Assembly: GCA_051453625.1 (NCBI GenBank)
Contig: JBOZIK010000001.1
Location: 8,835,939-8,870,940 of the forward strand
DNA: 35,002 nucleotides
Direction of reading: 5' to 3'
DNA from: Welwitschia mirabilis
Lineage: Eukaryota
The position numbers and the translations under genes are program-made. Shown one piece after another: positions 34,741 to 35,002 of the stretch. Positions within the stretch are counted from its first letter, which is position 1. Each line of letters opens with the position of its first letter. The notes beneath the pieces are model-generated. The model searched no databases and was not told where the DNA came from. It saw only the letters and a list, made by a program, of their open reading frames with translations.

Positions 34741-35002
34741 TGTGTGTGCACACACATACATATGCATGCACACAACCCCCTCCTTCCCCCAAAAAAACAA
34801 CAACACCCACACAACGCACATGCACATACACACGTGCGCATGTACATGTGCGAGTGCGCATACACACATACACACGTGCATGTGCGAATACACACATACA
34901 CACGTGCATGTGCGAATACACACATACACACGTGCATGTGAGAACACACACACATATGCACACATGCACGCACACACACATATGCACACGTATACACACA
35001 CA
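34741..35002. repeat. Compound alternating purine-pyrimidine (CA/TG/CG) repeat with a 28-bp minisatellite
   Basis: TACACACATACACACGTGCATGTGCGAA x3 at 34861-34944 (third copy variant). This explains the spurious Cys/Val/His ORFs. Confidence 0.95.

Noticed and set aside
34714-35001. Cys/Val/His-rich ORFs
   Set aside because: Translations of the CA/TG repeat.

Overview
Eukaryotic, very AT-rich land-plant nuclear DNA from a draft assembly with four N gaps. The species cannot be determined from sequence alone. There is one intact gene: a bifunctional folate enzyme HPPK-DHPS on the + strand. It has a short exon 1 (31267-31357) encoding a mitochondrial-type presequence, a phase-1 GT-AG intron (31358-31582) and exon 2 (31583-33054), giving about 520 aa. 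The first ~30.6 kb is a nest of heavily deaminated retroelements: Gypsy gag and RT relics, an old + strand Copia split by a younger CpG-rich insertion and by a - strand Sirevirus(SIRE)-like element, and an L1/Tx1-type LINE split by a pair of ~1.38 kb LTR-like repeats. The most unusual structure is the SIRE-like element. It has an LTR, PBS, a multi-zinc-knuckle gag and an env-like ORF but no pol. In place of pol is a ~320 bp hairpin bracketed by splice signals and extended by a 33-nt segment antisense to the env-like ORF. An unexplained ~0.8 kb CpG island at 9.7-10.5 kb looks like an unannotated promoter or first exon. All TE calls come from hand translation and motif recognition, not database searches, and relic boundaries are approximate.
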